Assembly: GCA_964016885.1 (NCBI GenBank)
Contig: OZ024741.1
Location: forward strand, 368,342,001 to 368,406,000
DNA: 64,000 nucleotides
Source of the DNA: Eledone cirrhosa
Taxonomy: Eukaryota
Direction: 5' to 3'
Shown here: positions 41,740 to 56,278 of the stretch, piece after piece
Layout of the letters: each line of letters starts with the position of its first letter
Position numbering within the stretch: position 1 is the first letter of the stretch
The notes under the pieces: model-generated
Told to the model about the DNA's origin: nothing
The model's input: the letters and a program-made list of their open reading frames with translations, nothing else
Databases searched by the model: none
Translations under genes and position numbers: made by a program

Positions 41740-43412
41740 AGAAAACTAGGCTCTTAGAAAACTAGGTGTTGACGAATGGCTTGTGAGAGCTATACAAGCC
41801 ATGTATAAAGAAACAGTCAGCAAGGTTAGAATTAACAACGAATATAGTGAAGAGTTTAGTGTAAAAGTTGGTGTACATCAGGGCTCTGTTCTTAGCCCCC
41901 TACTATTTATTATTGCCCTTCAGGCTATAACAGTGGAGTTCAAGACCGGTTGCCCATGGGAACTCCTATACGCAGATGATCTAACGCTCATAGCTGAATC
42001 AATGGCCGAGCTAGAGAAGAAATTCCAAACATGGAAGCATGGCCTAGAATCAAAAGGGCTTAAAATTAACCTGGCTAAGACTAAAGTTCTAGTTTGTAGG
42101 AAAGAAAATAAGGCGACGGTCCCTTCCGGGAAATGGCCATGCTCAGTGTGTAGGAAAGGCGTAGGTAGAAACTCCATTTTATGTCCCAAATGCAAAGTAT
42201 GGGTGCATAAAAGATGTAGTGGGATCACAGGTAAGTTAACTAAGAAGATAGATTTTACATGTGGCTGGTGCTCTGGTGCAATAAGTAGCAGCAAGTGCCC
42301 ACAAAATACTAGCTCTTTCAATTGCGCAGAGGGTTCTATAGAAATAGTGGATAGCTTCCGTTACCTGGGTGACAAAATCAGCAGTGGGGGAGGGTGCTCT
42401 GAAAGTACAGTAGCTAGAGTCAGAACTGGATGGAAAAAGTTCAGAGAGCTTATACCACTATTAGCCACTAAAGGGTTCTCCCTAAAAATGAAAGGCAGTT
42501 TGTATGATGCCTGCATACGAACAGCAATGTTGCATGGCAGTGAGACCTGGGCATTGTGTGCAGAGGATATACGCAGACTAGAGAGGAACGAAGCTTGCAT
42601 GCTCCGCTGGATGTGTAATAGTAACATACGTGAACGGCAAAGCATAAGCGAACTAAGGAAAAAATTAGAAATAAGAGGGATCAGATGCTGTTTACTTGAG
42701 AGAAGGCTACGTTGGTATGGTCACGTGATGCGCATGAAAGACGACAGCTGTATAACAAAGTGCAGGGCAATAAAGATAGATGGTAGCCACGGAGTAGGCA
42801 GACCCAGGAAAACCTGGGACGAGCTGATAAATTCCGACCTCACACACTTACACCTCTCCAAGACAATGTCACTGGACCGAGACCTTTGGCGGTACTCAGT
42901 AATAGAGAAGACCCGCCTTACCTAAATACAAAGTAAAACCTACTACAGTCAGTAGGCATCTCTAACAAAATACACCCCCGTCCCACCACCCCCACCCCAT
43001 CCACACCGCCCCTTTCAATGTAAAGTTATGTTGGTGCCACAACATCCAGGCCGAAAGAAATGAGATTGTGTAGGTGTCACGATAAAAAAACACACAGTCC
43101 ACGCTGTAATGTGGCCGTGAAGGCAACACGGTAAAAACCTGCCAGCCCCACAGTGTAAATGTGGTTGGTGTTAGGAAGGGCATCCAGCTGTAGAAAACCC
43201 GCCAGACAGTCCACGCTGTAATGTGGTCGTGTAGGCAACACGGTAAAAACCTCCCAGCCCTACACTGTAAATGTGGTTGGTGTTAGGAAGGGCATCCAGC
43301 TGTAGAAAACCCGCCAGACAGTCCTATGCGAGCAAGACAATCACTCTTGCCTCAAGTGGGAAAATCCCCGTCCAAACCCATGCAAGCGGGTTAAACGATG
43401 ATGATGATGATG

Positions 43413-43418
<6 letters not shown>
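41740..43418 (+). mobile_element. RTE LINE family A copy 5 (5'-truncated; duplicated ~111-bp 3' UTR module)
   Basis: ORF 41783..42925; the unit ACAGTCCACGCTGTAATGTGG...GAAAACCCGCCAG occurs twice in the 3' UTR. Confidence 0.95.
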
Positions 43419-43459
<41 letters not shown>

Positions 43460-43513
43460 GTATATATATCTATGTATATATATGTATATATATATATGTA
43501 TATATATGTATAT

Positions 43514-43913
43514 ATCATCATCATCATCATCATCATCATCACCGTTTTATGTCCGTTCTTCCACGCTAGCATGGGTTAGACGGGTTGTCCTGTTGTGGGC
43601 AGTGTCTGGTCGGCTGACCATGCCTTGCTCATACAGGAACTGATCTGGCTTGATTTCTACAGCTGGATGCCCTTCCTAACACCAACCTCATTTACAGTGA
43701 GTGCTGGGTGCTTTTTCGTGGCGCCTACACGTCCACTTTACAGTGTGGGCTGGGTGCTTTTTTGCCGTGGCACCTCCACGACCACCTTGTGGTGGGGGGA
43801 GTGGGGGCATATTGTTTATATGCTTCAGCATGTACCCATGGGAGGTCGGGTACCCTGTATTACTGCGTGACGCCAGAAGTCACGGTCGTGTTTCATTGAC
43901 TTTGAGAGGTGTA
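43514..43913 (-). mobile_element. RTE LINE family C copy 2 (3'-terminal ~400 bp)
   Basis: Near-identical to 11361-11748. Confidence 0.93.
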
Positions 43914-43958
43914 TATATATGTATATATATATATGTATATATATGTATATATATATAT

Positions 43959-46324
43959 ATCATCATCATCATCATCATCATCAGGTTTAGCGTCCGTGTT
44001 CCACGCTTGCATGGGTTTGGACGGGGGTTTTCCCACTTGAGGCAAGAGTGGTTGTCTTGCTCGCATAGGACTGTCTGGCGGGTTTTCTACAGTTGGATGC
44101 CCTTCCTAACACCAACCACATTTACAGTGTGGGGCTGGGAGGTTTTTACCGTGTTGCCTACACGGCCACATTACAGCGTGGACTGTCTGGCGGGTTTTCT
44201 ACAGCTGGATGCCCTTCCTAACACCAACCACATTTACAGTGTGGGGCTGGGAGGTTTTTACCGTGTTGCCTACATGGCCACATTTACAGCGTGGACTGTG
44301 TGTTTTTTGTCGTGACACCTACACGATCTCATTTGTTTCGGACTGGATGTTGTGGGACCAACATAACTGTACATTGAAAGGGGCGGTGTGGATGGGGTGG
44401 AGGTGGTGGGACGGGGGGGTGTTTTGATAGAGATGCCTACTGACTGTAGTAGGTTTTTACTTTGTATTTAGGTAAGGCGGGTCTTCTCTATTACTGAGTA
44501 CCGCCAAAGGTCTCGGTCCAGTGACATTGTCTTGGGGAGGTGTAAGCGTGTGAGGTCGGAATTTATCAGCTCGTCCCATGTTTTTCTGGGTCTGCCTACT
44601 CCGTGGCTACCGTCTATCTTTATTGCCCTGCACTTTGTTATACAGCTGTCGTCTTTCATGCGCATCACGTGACCGTACCAACGTAGCCTTCTCTCGAGTA
44701 AACAACATCTGATCCCTCTTATTTCTAATTTTTTCCTTAGTTCGTTTATGCTTTGCCGTTCACGTATATTACTATTGCACATCCAGCGGAGCATGCAAGC
44801 TTCGTTCCTCTCTAGTCTGCGTATATCCTCTGCACACAATGCCCAGGTCTCACTGCCATGCAGCATTGCTGTTCGTATGCAGGCATCGTATAACCTGCCT
44901 TTCATTTTTAGGGAGAACCCTCTAGCGGCTAATAGTGGTATAAGCTCTCTGAACTTTTTCCATCCAGTTCTGACTCTAGCTACTGTACTTTCAGAGCACC
45001 CTTCCCCACTGCTGATTTTGTCACCCAGGTAACGGAAGCTGTCCACTATTTCTATAGAACCCTCTGCGCAGTTGAAGGAGCTAGTATTTTGTGGGCACTT
45101 GCTGCTACTTATTGCACCAGAGCACCGGCCACATGTAAAATCTATGTTCTTAGTTAGCTTACCTGTGATCCCACTACATCTTTTATGCACCCATACTTTG
45201 TATTTGGGACATAAAATGGAGTTTCTACCTACGCCTTTCCTACACACTGAGCATGGCCATTTCCCAGATGGGACTGCCGCCATATTTTCTTTCCTACAAA
45301 CTAGAACTTTAGTCTTAGCCAGGTTAATTTTAAGGCCTTTTGATTCTAGGCCGTGCTTCCATGTTTGGAATTTCTTCTCTAGTTCGGTCATTGATTCAGC
45401 TATGAGCGTTAGATCATCTGCGTATAGGAGTTCCCATGGGCAGCCGGTCTTGAACTCCTCTGTTATAGCCTGAAGGGCAATAATAAATAGTAGGGGGCTA
45501 AGAACAGAGCCCTGATGGACACCAACTTTTACGCTAAACTCTTCACTATATTCGTTGTTAATTCTAACCTTACTGACTGTTTCTTTATACATGGCTTCTA
45601 TAGCTCTCACAAGCCATTCGTCAACACCTAGTTTTCTAAGAGACCACCAGATAATGGAACGGGGGACTCTGTCGAAGGCTTTCTCCAAGTCGACGAAGGC
45701 TAAGTATAGGGGTTTACTTTTAGCTAGGTACTTCTCCTGTAGTTGTCGTACAATGAAAAGAGCGTCTGTGGTACTTTTGCCTGACACAAATCCGAACTGC
45801 ATTTCATCTAGATCAATTCTCTCTCTGATTAGTTGCGCTATTACTTTTTCCGTGACCTTCATGACCTGGTCGATTAATTTAATGCCTCTATAGTTACTCC
45901 TATCTAGGGCATCTCCTTTTCCCTTATAGCAGTTAACGATGATGCTGCTACGCCAGTCCTTCGGAACAACCCCATTCTGTACGACTTGGTTAACTATCCG
46001 GGTGACCATGGTGTGTCCCACCGAACCAGATGCCTTCAGCATCTCAGCAACTATTTCCGAAGGACCAGCCGCCTTACCCGTCTTCATATCTTTGATTGCC
46101 TTGCTTATTGTACTACCCTGGACTAACACTGCTGGTCCCTCTATTGGGTCGATGTGGGGGAGACTGTCTTTCTCCCATTTGTTCTCCTCATTTAGAAGCC
46201 TTTCGTAGTGACACTTCCAAGCTACCTTCTTATCAGCGTCGGTGATGGCAAGTATGCCATCATCGTTAAGCACACACTTCTCCCCGACAATATCACGGTT
46301 TTCCTTGACACATTGCCTGGCAAT
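43959..46324 (-). mobile_element. RTE LINE family A copy 6 (5'-truncated; duplicated 3' UTR module)
   Basis: ORF 44468..46330; one PHD Cys is mutated (CPKY). Confidence 0.95.
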
Positions 46325-46744
46325 ACACATATTTTCCTATTATTAGATATACTAAGGAATGAATAATTAGCTAAGTTAAGCCTACGCTATTTGCAAATGA
46401 GACCTTACCAAGAATAGTTTGTTTACAAAACTTATAATATTGTCTTACATATTTCGGTATATGGAAGTATGTGTGTACTAACAAACTCCAACAACAGTCA
46501 GATATATCCATTGTTCTTACTGAGGTAGATGACATAATCACAACTTAAAATACTCACAGCAAGACTAAACCTATGTTTATTATACATAAACATATTGCAT
46601 GTGAGTCCATATATGCTTTTAGAAAGGAATAATTCAGTAAATAAATAATTAAGAAAGTGTGTATGTTCATTAAACAAATAATAATAATTATGACAGACTA
46701 TGACAATATAGAATTAGAATGTAGATTATGAAAACAAAACTCAC

Positions 46745-46876
46745 TGCTTGGACAAGTTCGACCATTTTCATGAATACGAATCCCTGTTGGACATGCACAA
46801 GAATAAAAAGGAGCCTGGGGAGACATTAAACACAAGTGAGAACATCCACCATTGTTGTCACCACAAGGATTTATTT
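46745..46876 (-). CDS. LRP6: Internal 132-bp exon of an LRP5/6 (arrow)-like LDL-receptor-related Wnt co-receptor; EGF-like module following a YWTD propeller
   Basis: Minus strand: ttttctttttaatcaaccAG | [46 protein letters not shown] | GTGAGT. Canonical splice sites, phase 1-1, six EGF Cys. Closely matches the remembered vertebrate LRP6 EGF1 sequence [40 protein letters not shown]. Confidence 0.9.
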
Positions 46877-46895
46877 CTGGTTGATTAAAAAGAAA

Positions 46896-47763
46896 ACTAT
46901 GTATTTAGGTAAGGCGGGTCTTCTCTATTACTGAGTACCGCCAAAGGTCTCGGTCCAGTGACATTGTCTTGGAGAGGTGTAATTGTGTGAGGTCGGAGTT
47001 TATCAGCTCGTCCCAGGATTTTCTAGGTCTGACTATTCCGTGGCTACCGTCTATCTTTATTGCCCTGCACTTTGTTATACAGCTATCGACTTTCATGCGC
47101 ATCACGTGTCCGTACCAACGTAGCCTTCTCTCGAGTAAACAACATCTGATCCCTCTTATTTCTAATTTTTTCCTTAGTTCGTTTATGCTTTGCCGTTCAC
47201 GTATATTACTATTACACATCCAGCGGAGCATGCAAGCTTCGTTCCTCTCTAGTCTGCGTATATCCTCTGCACACAATGCCCAGGTCTCACTGCCATGCAA
47301 CATTGCTGTTCGTATGCAGGCATCGTATAACCTGCCTTTCATTTTTAGGGAGAACCCTTTAGCAGCTAATAGTGGTATAAGCTCTCTGAACTTTTTCCAT
47401 CCAGTTCTGACTCTAGCTACTGTACTTTCGGAGCACCCTCCCTCACTGCTGATTTTGTCACCCAGGTAACGGAAGCTGTCCACTATTTCTATAGAGCCCT
47501 CTGCGCAACTGAAAGAGTTAGTATTTTGTGGGCACTCGCTGCATGTTAGTATTTTGTGGGCACCGCCCACATGTAAAATCTAAGTTCTTAGTTAGCTTAC
47601 CTGTGATCCCACTACATCTTTTATGCACCCATACTTTGCATTTGGGACATAAAATGGAGTTTCTACCTACGCCTTTCCTACACACTGAGCATGGCCATTT
47701 CCCGGAAGGGACCGCCGCCTTATTTTCTTTCCTACAAACTAGCTCGGCCATCGATTCAGCTAT
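46896..47763 (-). mobile_element. RTE LINE family A copy 7 (truncated at both ends, internally rearranged, lacks 3' UTR)
   Basis: ORFs 46905..47570 and 47518..47751; CTAG-microhomology deletion at ~47740; short duplication at ~47520-47563; ends ~9 nt after the stop. Confidence 0.93.
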
Positions 47764-47791
47764 ATATATGTATATATATATATATGTATAT

Positions 47792-47843
<52 letters not shown>

Positions 47844-47847
47844 GTAT

Positions 47848-48079
47848 TAGAAAGTGAGGTTTTTTTTTTTTTTTTTTTTTTTTTTATACAAAATGAAAAA
47901 TAACCGAGGTGTCCTACACGAGTGAAAGTACAAAGAAAAAGAGATGAAATCGAAAATGCAACTAGAGTCTTATTTAAAAAAAAAATATATATATTTATTT
48001 GGTTCCTTTACCGGTTTCGCAGTTCTTCTGCTTTTCAAAAGGTGAGTTGAGATGGAGGGTCTGTGGTTTTTCTCACATC
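47848..48079 (-). mobile_element. Family P2 solo terminus with U3-A8 hammerhead (48005-48042 minus)
   Basis: Reverse complement of 27220-27432. Confidence 0.82.
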
Positions 48080-48118
48080 TACATATACATACATATATAT
48101 ATATATACATATACATAC

Positions 48119-48150
<32 letters not shown>

Positions 48151-48242
48151 ATACATATATATATACATATATATATACATATATATATATACATATATAT
48201 ATACATATATATATACATATATATATATATACATATACATAC

Positions 48243-48274
<32 letters not shown>

Positions 48275-48625
48275 ATACATATATATATACATATATATAT
48301 ACATATATATATACATATATATATACATATATATATACATATATATATATATACATATATATATACATATATATATATATACATATATATATACATATAT
48401 ATATACATATATATATATTGTTATACTTGTGGAGGGTCATATTTGTGTAATATTGCCAGAATTAATAACAGAACATACTCACTGTTTGGTTGGTTTTCGC
48501 TTCTCGCTGTCTTTTATAACTGCGATCTAACTTACTCAGTCCTCAATGTTGCCATTGACTGACCGACGGTCAAAAATAATACAGATACAATATAGACACA
48601 AACACATATATATAGTTTACATAAT

Positions 48626-51079
48626 ATGAGTAGAGGTTCAGTTCCTTTAGCCTCTCCCAGTAGCTTGTCTCCCTCATCTTGGCAATCCTCTTGGTGTAGC
48701 TTCGCTGGATTGCCTCAAGCTCCGTGGTTAGTTTGACACTATGGGGTGACCACAACTGGGAGCAGTAGTCTAGGCGGCTTAGGACAAAAGTCCTCCACAG
48801 TGTCAACATGGTGTCTCGATCTCTTGTCCGGAAAGTCCTCAAGATCCAGCCAGCGAGTCGTCTACATGTTGTCGCCACCTTCATGATGTGTGAAGAAAAA
48901 GATGCATCATCGCTCATGTCTATGCCCAGGTCTCGTATCGATTTTGACACGGGGATATCGGTCCCTCCTGGTTCTGTGTAGCTGTGTTCCACTATATTTG
49001 TGTTTGCAAGTTTGTATTGTAGGGCTTGGAATTTGCCAGCATTAAACTGCATGTTGTTTTCTTCCGCCCATCTGTATATGGCATCCAGATCCTGCTGTAA
49101 AAGAGCAGCGTCAGCCGGGTTTTTGATTGCCTGTGCTACCTTAGTGTCATCAGCATAGCTAGTGAGGGATGTTGTTGCATGCACCACAGAGGGCATGTCC
49201 GAGAGAGCCACCAAAAACAGTAGTGGTCCCAGGACTGTCCCCTGGGGCACCCCACTTGTTATCGGTGTTTCCCTCGAGAGGGCCCCATTTGCTGCGACTG
49301 CCTGGCTTCTGTCCCTTAGGAAGCCATGCAGCCACTCACCTACTTTTCCAGTTATGCCGAGTCCGTGTAGTTTGTGACATATCATCCGTGGTCGACCTTG
49401 TCAAAGGCCTTCGCAAAGTCAAGATATATCACGTCCACATGTGAGCTGTCTAGCAGTTGTCTCAGTACCTAGTCGTAGTGATGTAGCAGCTGCGTAAGGC
49501 AGCTTCTTCCTGGGCGGAAGCCATGTTGCGTGCTAGTCAGGCGGTCATTTTCTTCGAGGAAAGTGATTAGTTTCTTTCTGACGACTCGCTCCATGACCTT
49601 ACTGATATGCGACGTCAGGTAGAGCGGAGGCCTATAGTTCTTGGCCTCCGCTCTACTACCTCCTTTATGGATAGGGCATATTGTGCCTTCTTTCAGCTCC
49701 CTGGGTAGTACACCGCTAGCCAAGGAGCTTCTGAAGAGCATCTTCAGTGGAGTTGCTAAGGCCCGCTTACATATTTTTAGGAGAACTGCTGGGAATCCAT
49801 CAGGTCCAGCAGCCGAGTCTGTTCTAATTTCATCAATGGCGTACACCACATCCTCCTCCGTTATGTCTATGTGGTTGATGGTTGCCATTTCTTGATGTAG
49901 TGTTGTGGCATCAAAGAACTCCTCTGGCTTTGTTATTTGCATGTGCCTCAGTGGACATGTGAAGACACTTTTGTACTGTTCGTTCAGTATTTCACATATC
50001 TCTTGGGGATTTTCGGTTAATGAACCGTCCGTGTGGAAGAGTGGCTCAATCTTGCAGTGTACTGAGGCAGTTTCTTTTGCAAATTTAAAGAAGGCCTTAG
50101 GGTTTGTTTTAATGTTTTCTATGGCTCTGTTCTCTTTCTTTGCCCTCTCATTCTCATGTGAAAGTTTGAGTGCAATCTCGGTGTCAAGTAGTGCACGTTT
50201 CAAATGGGATTCCTTCTTGTTTTTGTTTTGTTGACTATTCAACTGGTTTGAGAGTTTAGTTCTACGTCTCATAAGGATTTTCCTATCTCTGGGAATAAGA
50301 TTTTTGTGTCTGTTTGCCTCTTTCTCCGGGACACACTTTTTGCATATGGTGTGTATCGTTGTCATGAAGTGTTGAAATTGTGTGTTAGTGTCTCGTGTGG
50401 CGGTGTTTTCACTCCATGTTTGCTTCCGGATTTCACTCTTAATCTTTTTCCAGTTAGCCTTGTAGAAGTTAAGGTTGGATAGCGTCCCGGAGCTTCTTGG
50501 TGGTTTTGTCTCTGTTGGTTCTCTTGGACCACATATCATTAGCTCTACTAAGTTATGATCCGAGAGAATTGTTGGTGTCACCTTTACATTGTGGATGAGC
50601 ACTTCGTTGTTTGTAAAACAGAGGTCGCCTCTTGTTGGGAGGAGTATTGTTGAGACCCTGGTCCAGTTTGTCAAGGACCTCTTCTATCCTACTTAGGCTA
50701 TCCTCAAATTTACCCTCATGACTGGGGGCATCGGGCGGCCGATATGTGACATATATTACTGTCTGTAGTTGCTTCATATGTATTATCAGTGTGTCACAGA
50801 CTGAGTTTGAATGTGTCAACAGTACAATTGGTGTGACATCTTCACGGATATACAGAGCAACCCCACCATGAGTTCTCTCCTTCCTGTCCGAACGAAATAC
50901 AGTATATTTCGGTATATGTATTTCTGCATCTGCTATACTGCTTGTCAGGTGCGTTTCGGTTAGTGCCATGCATAGTGCTTGATTGCTTATGGCTAAGTCT
51001 CCCAGGTAGGAAATTTGACTCATGTTGATGAGTTTCACCAGGCCCCTGACATTCAGCAGCAGCACTGGTGTGACTTTTG
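48626..51079 (-). mobile_element. Decayed CR1-group LINE (APE-RT ORF2 with deletion, frameshifts and a stop)
   Basis: LLNVRGL, LTETHL, RSDR..GGVALYI, YRPP, SDHNLV, AAGPDG, QHGFRPGRSC, GVPQGTVLGPLLF, YADDTK, DLG, RLDYCS spread over ORFs 50553..51500, 49469..50674 and 48570..49385. Confidence 0.9.
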
Positions 51080-51107
51080 TATATATATATATATGTATAT
51101 ATATATG

Positions 51108-51138
<31 letters not shown>

Positions 51139-51281
51139 GTGTATATATATGTATGTGTATATATATGTATGTGTATATATATGTATATATATATGTATAT
51201 ATATATGTATATATATATATGTATATATATATATGTATACATATATATATGTATATATATATATATGTATATATATATATG

Positions 51282-51378
<97 letters not shown>

Positions 51379-51465
51379 GTATATATATATATGTATATAT
51401 ATATATATGTATATATATATATGTATATATATATATATGTATATATATATATGTATATATATATG

Positions 51466-51879
51466 TAGGAGGTGAGTTTTATTGTAGTACAATAAAGCAA
51501 TGCAGATATCGGATAAGAAGCACTCTACAGTTTGTGGGACTGGAGTATGCATAATATAAGATCAAAAGATGGTTAAAGGAGTTCCATATATTTTATTATG
51601 CGCATTTCAAAAACAAACATCATCAAGCAATAATATTTGCGTTTTCATCAGATAAAACAGGAGAACATGATATGAAGGCTAAAAAAAACACTTGTTGATA
51701 GTGCAGTTTATGTTGATATAAAACTGCACTATCAACAAGTGTTTTTTTTAGCCTTCATATCATGTTCTCCTGTTTTATCTGATGAAAACGCAAATATTAT
51801 TGCTTGATGATGTTTGTTTTGAAATGCGCATAATAAAATATATGGAACTCCTTTAACCATCTTTTGATCTTATATTATG
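51466..51879. mobile_element. Family P5 fold-back (centre ~51714; hammerheads at 51591-51657 minus and 51773-51838 plus; tail on the left)
   Basis: Homologous to 40594-41723 in the opposite orientation. Confidence 0.87.
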
Positions 51880-53302
<1,423 letters not shown>

Positions 53303-55768
53303 GAGAGTAACATGGTGGTGGAACAGTAAGGTGGAGGGGTCAATTAAGGCCAAAAAGCAGGCTTGGAAAGTATGGCGGGATGGGGGAAGCAGAGAAGACT
53401 ATCAAGTGGCCAGGAGGGAAGCTAGGAGACAAGTGTACTTCGCAAGAAGGGAAGCAGAGGAAAGAAAGTTCAAGCATGTTCTACAACGTGAGGACCAAAA
53501 ACGTGAGGTGTTCAGGATTGCCAGGCAATGTGTCAAGGAAAACAGTGATATTGTCGGGGAGAAGTGTGTACTTAACGATGACGGCGTACTTGCCATCACC
53601 GACGCCGATAAGAAGGTAGCTTGGAAGTGTCACTATGAAAGGCTACTCAATGAGGAGAATAAATGGGAGAAAGACAGTCTCCCCCACATCGACCCAATAG
53701 AGGGACCAGCAGTGTTAGTCGAGGGTAGTAAAATAAGTAAGGCAATCAAAGATATGAAGACAGGCAAGGCGGCTGGGCCTTCGGAAATAGATGCCGAGAT
53801 GCTGAAGGCATCTGGTACGGTGGGACACACCATGGTCACCCGGATAGTCAACCAAGTCATACAGAATGGGGTTGTTCCGAAGGACTGGCGTAGCAGCATT
53901 ATCGTTAACTGTTATAAGGGTAAAGGAGATGCCCTAGATAGGAGTAACTATAGAGGCATTAAATTAATCGACCAGGTCATGAAGGTCACGGAAAAAGTAA
54001 TAGCGCAACTAATCAGAGAGCGAATTGATCTAGATGAAATGCAGTTCGGGTTTGTGTCAGGCAAAAGTACCACAGACGCTCTTTTCATTGTACGACAACT
54101 ACAGGAGAAGTACCTAGCTAAAAGTAAACCCCTATACTTAGCTTTCGTCGACTTGGAGAAAGCCTTCGACAGAGTCCCCCGTTCCATTATCTGGTGGGCT
54201 CTTAGAAAACTAGGTGTCGATGAATGGCTTGTGAGAGCTATACAAGCCATGTATAAAGAAACAGTCAGCAAGGTTAGAATTAACAACAAATATAGTGAAG
54301 AGTTTAGTGTAAAAGTTGGTGTTCATCAGGGCTCTGTTCTTAGCCCCCTACTATTTATTATTGCCCTCCAGGCTATAACAGTGGAGTTCAAGACCGGCTG
54401 CCCATGGGAACTCCTATACGCAGATGATCTAACGCTCATAGCTGAATCAATGGCCGAGCTAGAGAAGAAATTCCAAACTTGGAAGCACGGGCTAGAATCA
54501 AAAGGCCTTAAAATTAACCTGGCTAAGACTAAAGTTCTAGTTTGTAAGAAAGAAAATAAGGCGGCGGTCCCCTCCGGGAAGTGGCCATGCGCAGAGTGTA
54601 GGAAAGGCGTAGGTAGAAATTCCATTTTGTGTCCCAAATGCAAAGTATGGGTTCATAAAAGATGTAGTGGGATCACAGGTAAGCTAACTAAGAACATAGA
54701 TTTTACATGTGGCCGGTGTTCTGGGGCAATAAGTAGCAGCAAGTGCCCACAAAATACTAGCTCTTTCAACTGCGCAGAGGGTTCTATAGAAATAGTGGAC
54801 AGCTTCCGTTACCTGGGTGACAAAATCAGCAGTGGGGGAGGGTGCTCTGAAAGTACAGTAGCTAGAGTCAGAACTGGGTGGAAAAAGTTCAGAGAGCTTA
54901 TACCACTATTAGCCGCTAAAGGGTTCTCCCTAAAAATGAAAGGCAGGTTGTACAATACCTGCATACGAACAGCAATGTTGCATGGCAGTGAGACCTGGGC
55001 ATTGTGTGCAGAGGATATACGCAGACTAGAGAGAAACGAAGCTTGCATGCTCCGCTGGATGTGTAATAGTAATATACGTGAACGACAAAGCATAAACGAA
55101 CTAAGGAAAAAATTAGAAATAAGAGGGATCAGATGTTGTTTACTAGAGAGAAGGCTACGTTGGTATGGTCACGTGATGCGCATGAAGGACGATAGCTGTA
55201 TAACAAAGTGCAGGGCAATAAAGATAGACGGTAGCCACGGAATAGGCAGACCCAGAAAAACCTGGGACGAGCTGATAAACTCACACAGTTACACCTCACA
55301 CAGTTACACCTCACCAAGACAATGTCACTGGACCGAGACCTTTGGCGGTACTCAGTAATAGAGAAGACCCGCCTTACCTAAATACAAAGTAAAACCTACT
55401 ACAGTCAGTAGGCATCTCTAACAAAATACACCCCCGTCCCACCACCCCCACCCCATCCACACCGCCCCCTCTATGTAAAGTTATGTTGGTGCCACACCAT
55501 CCAGAACGAAACAAATGAGATCGTGTAGGTGTCACGACAAAAAAACACACAGTCCACGCTGTAATGTGGCCGTGTAGGCAACACGGTAAAAACCTCCCAG
55601 ACCCACACTGTAAATGTGGTTGGTGTTAGGAAGGGCATCCAACTGTAGAAAACCTGCCAGACAGTCCTATGCGAGCAAGACAATCACTCTTACCTCAAGT
55701 GGGAAAACCCCCGTCCAAACCCATGCAAGCGTGGAACACGAACGTTAAACGATGATGATGATGATGAT
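53303..55768 (+). mobile_element. RTE LINE family A copy 8 (5'-truncated; small duplication/frameshift at ~55281)
   Basis: ORF 53331..55358; 3' UTR and (GAT)n tail. Confidence 0.96.
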
Positions 55769-55803
55769 ATATATATGTATATATGTATATATATATATAT
55801 GTA

Positions 55804-55843
<40 letters not shown>

Positions 55844-55849
55844 TATATA

Positions 55850-56142
55850 GGAGGCACATGGCTTAGTTGTTAGAGCATTGGCCTTGCAATCGAAAGGTTG
55901 TGAGTTCAATTCTCAGACCGGGTGATGTGTTGTTTCCTTGAGCAAGACACTTTATTTCACATTGCTCCAGTTTACTCAGCTGTAGAAATGAGATGATAGG
56001 GACTGAGGTCCCTATCATTCCACTGTAAATGAGGTTGGTGTTAGGAAGGGCATCCAGCTGTAGAAATCAAGCCAGAATCAGTTCCCGTCCCACCCTTGCA
56101 AGCAGGGAAAGTGGACGTAAAATGAAATGAAAAATGAAATGA
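55850..56142 (+). mobile_element. tRNA-derived CORE-SINE with RTE-derived body and tail
   Basis: A box TGGCTTAGTTG (55859), B box GAGTTCAATTC (55902), CORE-like CCTTGAGCAAGACACTTTA...CCAGTTTACTCAGCTGTAGAAATGAG, segment identical to the family C 3' UTR, family B 3' end, (AAATG)n tail. Confidence 0.85.
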
Positions 56143-56177
56143 TATATATATACACACATATATATATATATATACAC

Positions 56178-56212
<35 letters not shown>

Positions 56213-56215
56213 TAT

Positions 56216-56260
<45 letters not shown>

Positions 56261-56278
56261 TATATATATATATATATA

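Noticed and set aside
48417-48625. Possible LTR fragment or additional LRP exon
   Set aside because: Starts with TGTTA and has a TATAAAA-like motif on the minus strand, but no second LTR, PBS or LRP-like translation was found.
55850-55922. tRNA gene
   Set aside because: A and B boxes are present, but there is no proper acceptor stem and the sequence continues into CORE and LINE-derived segments; it is a SINE head.
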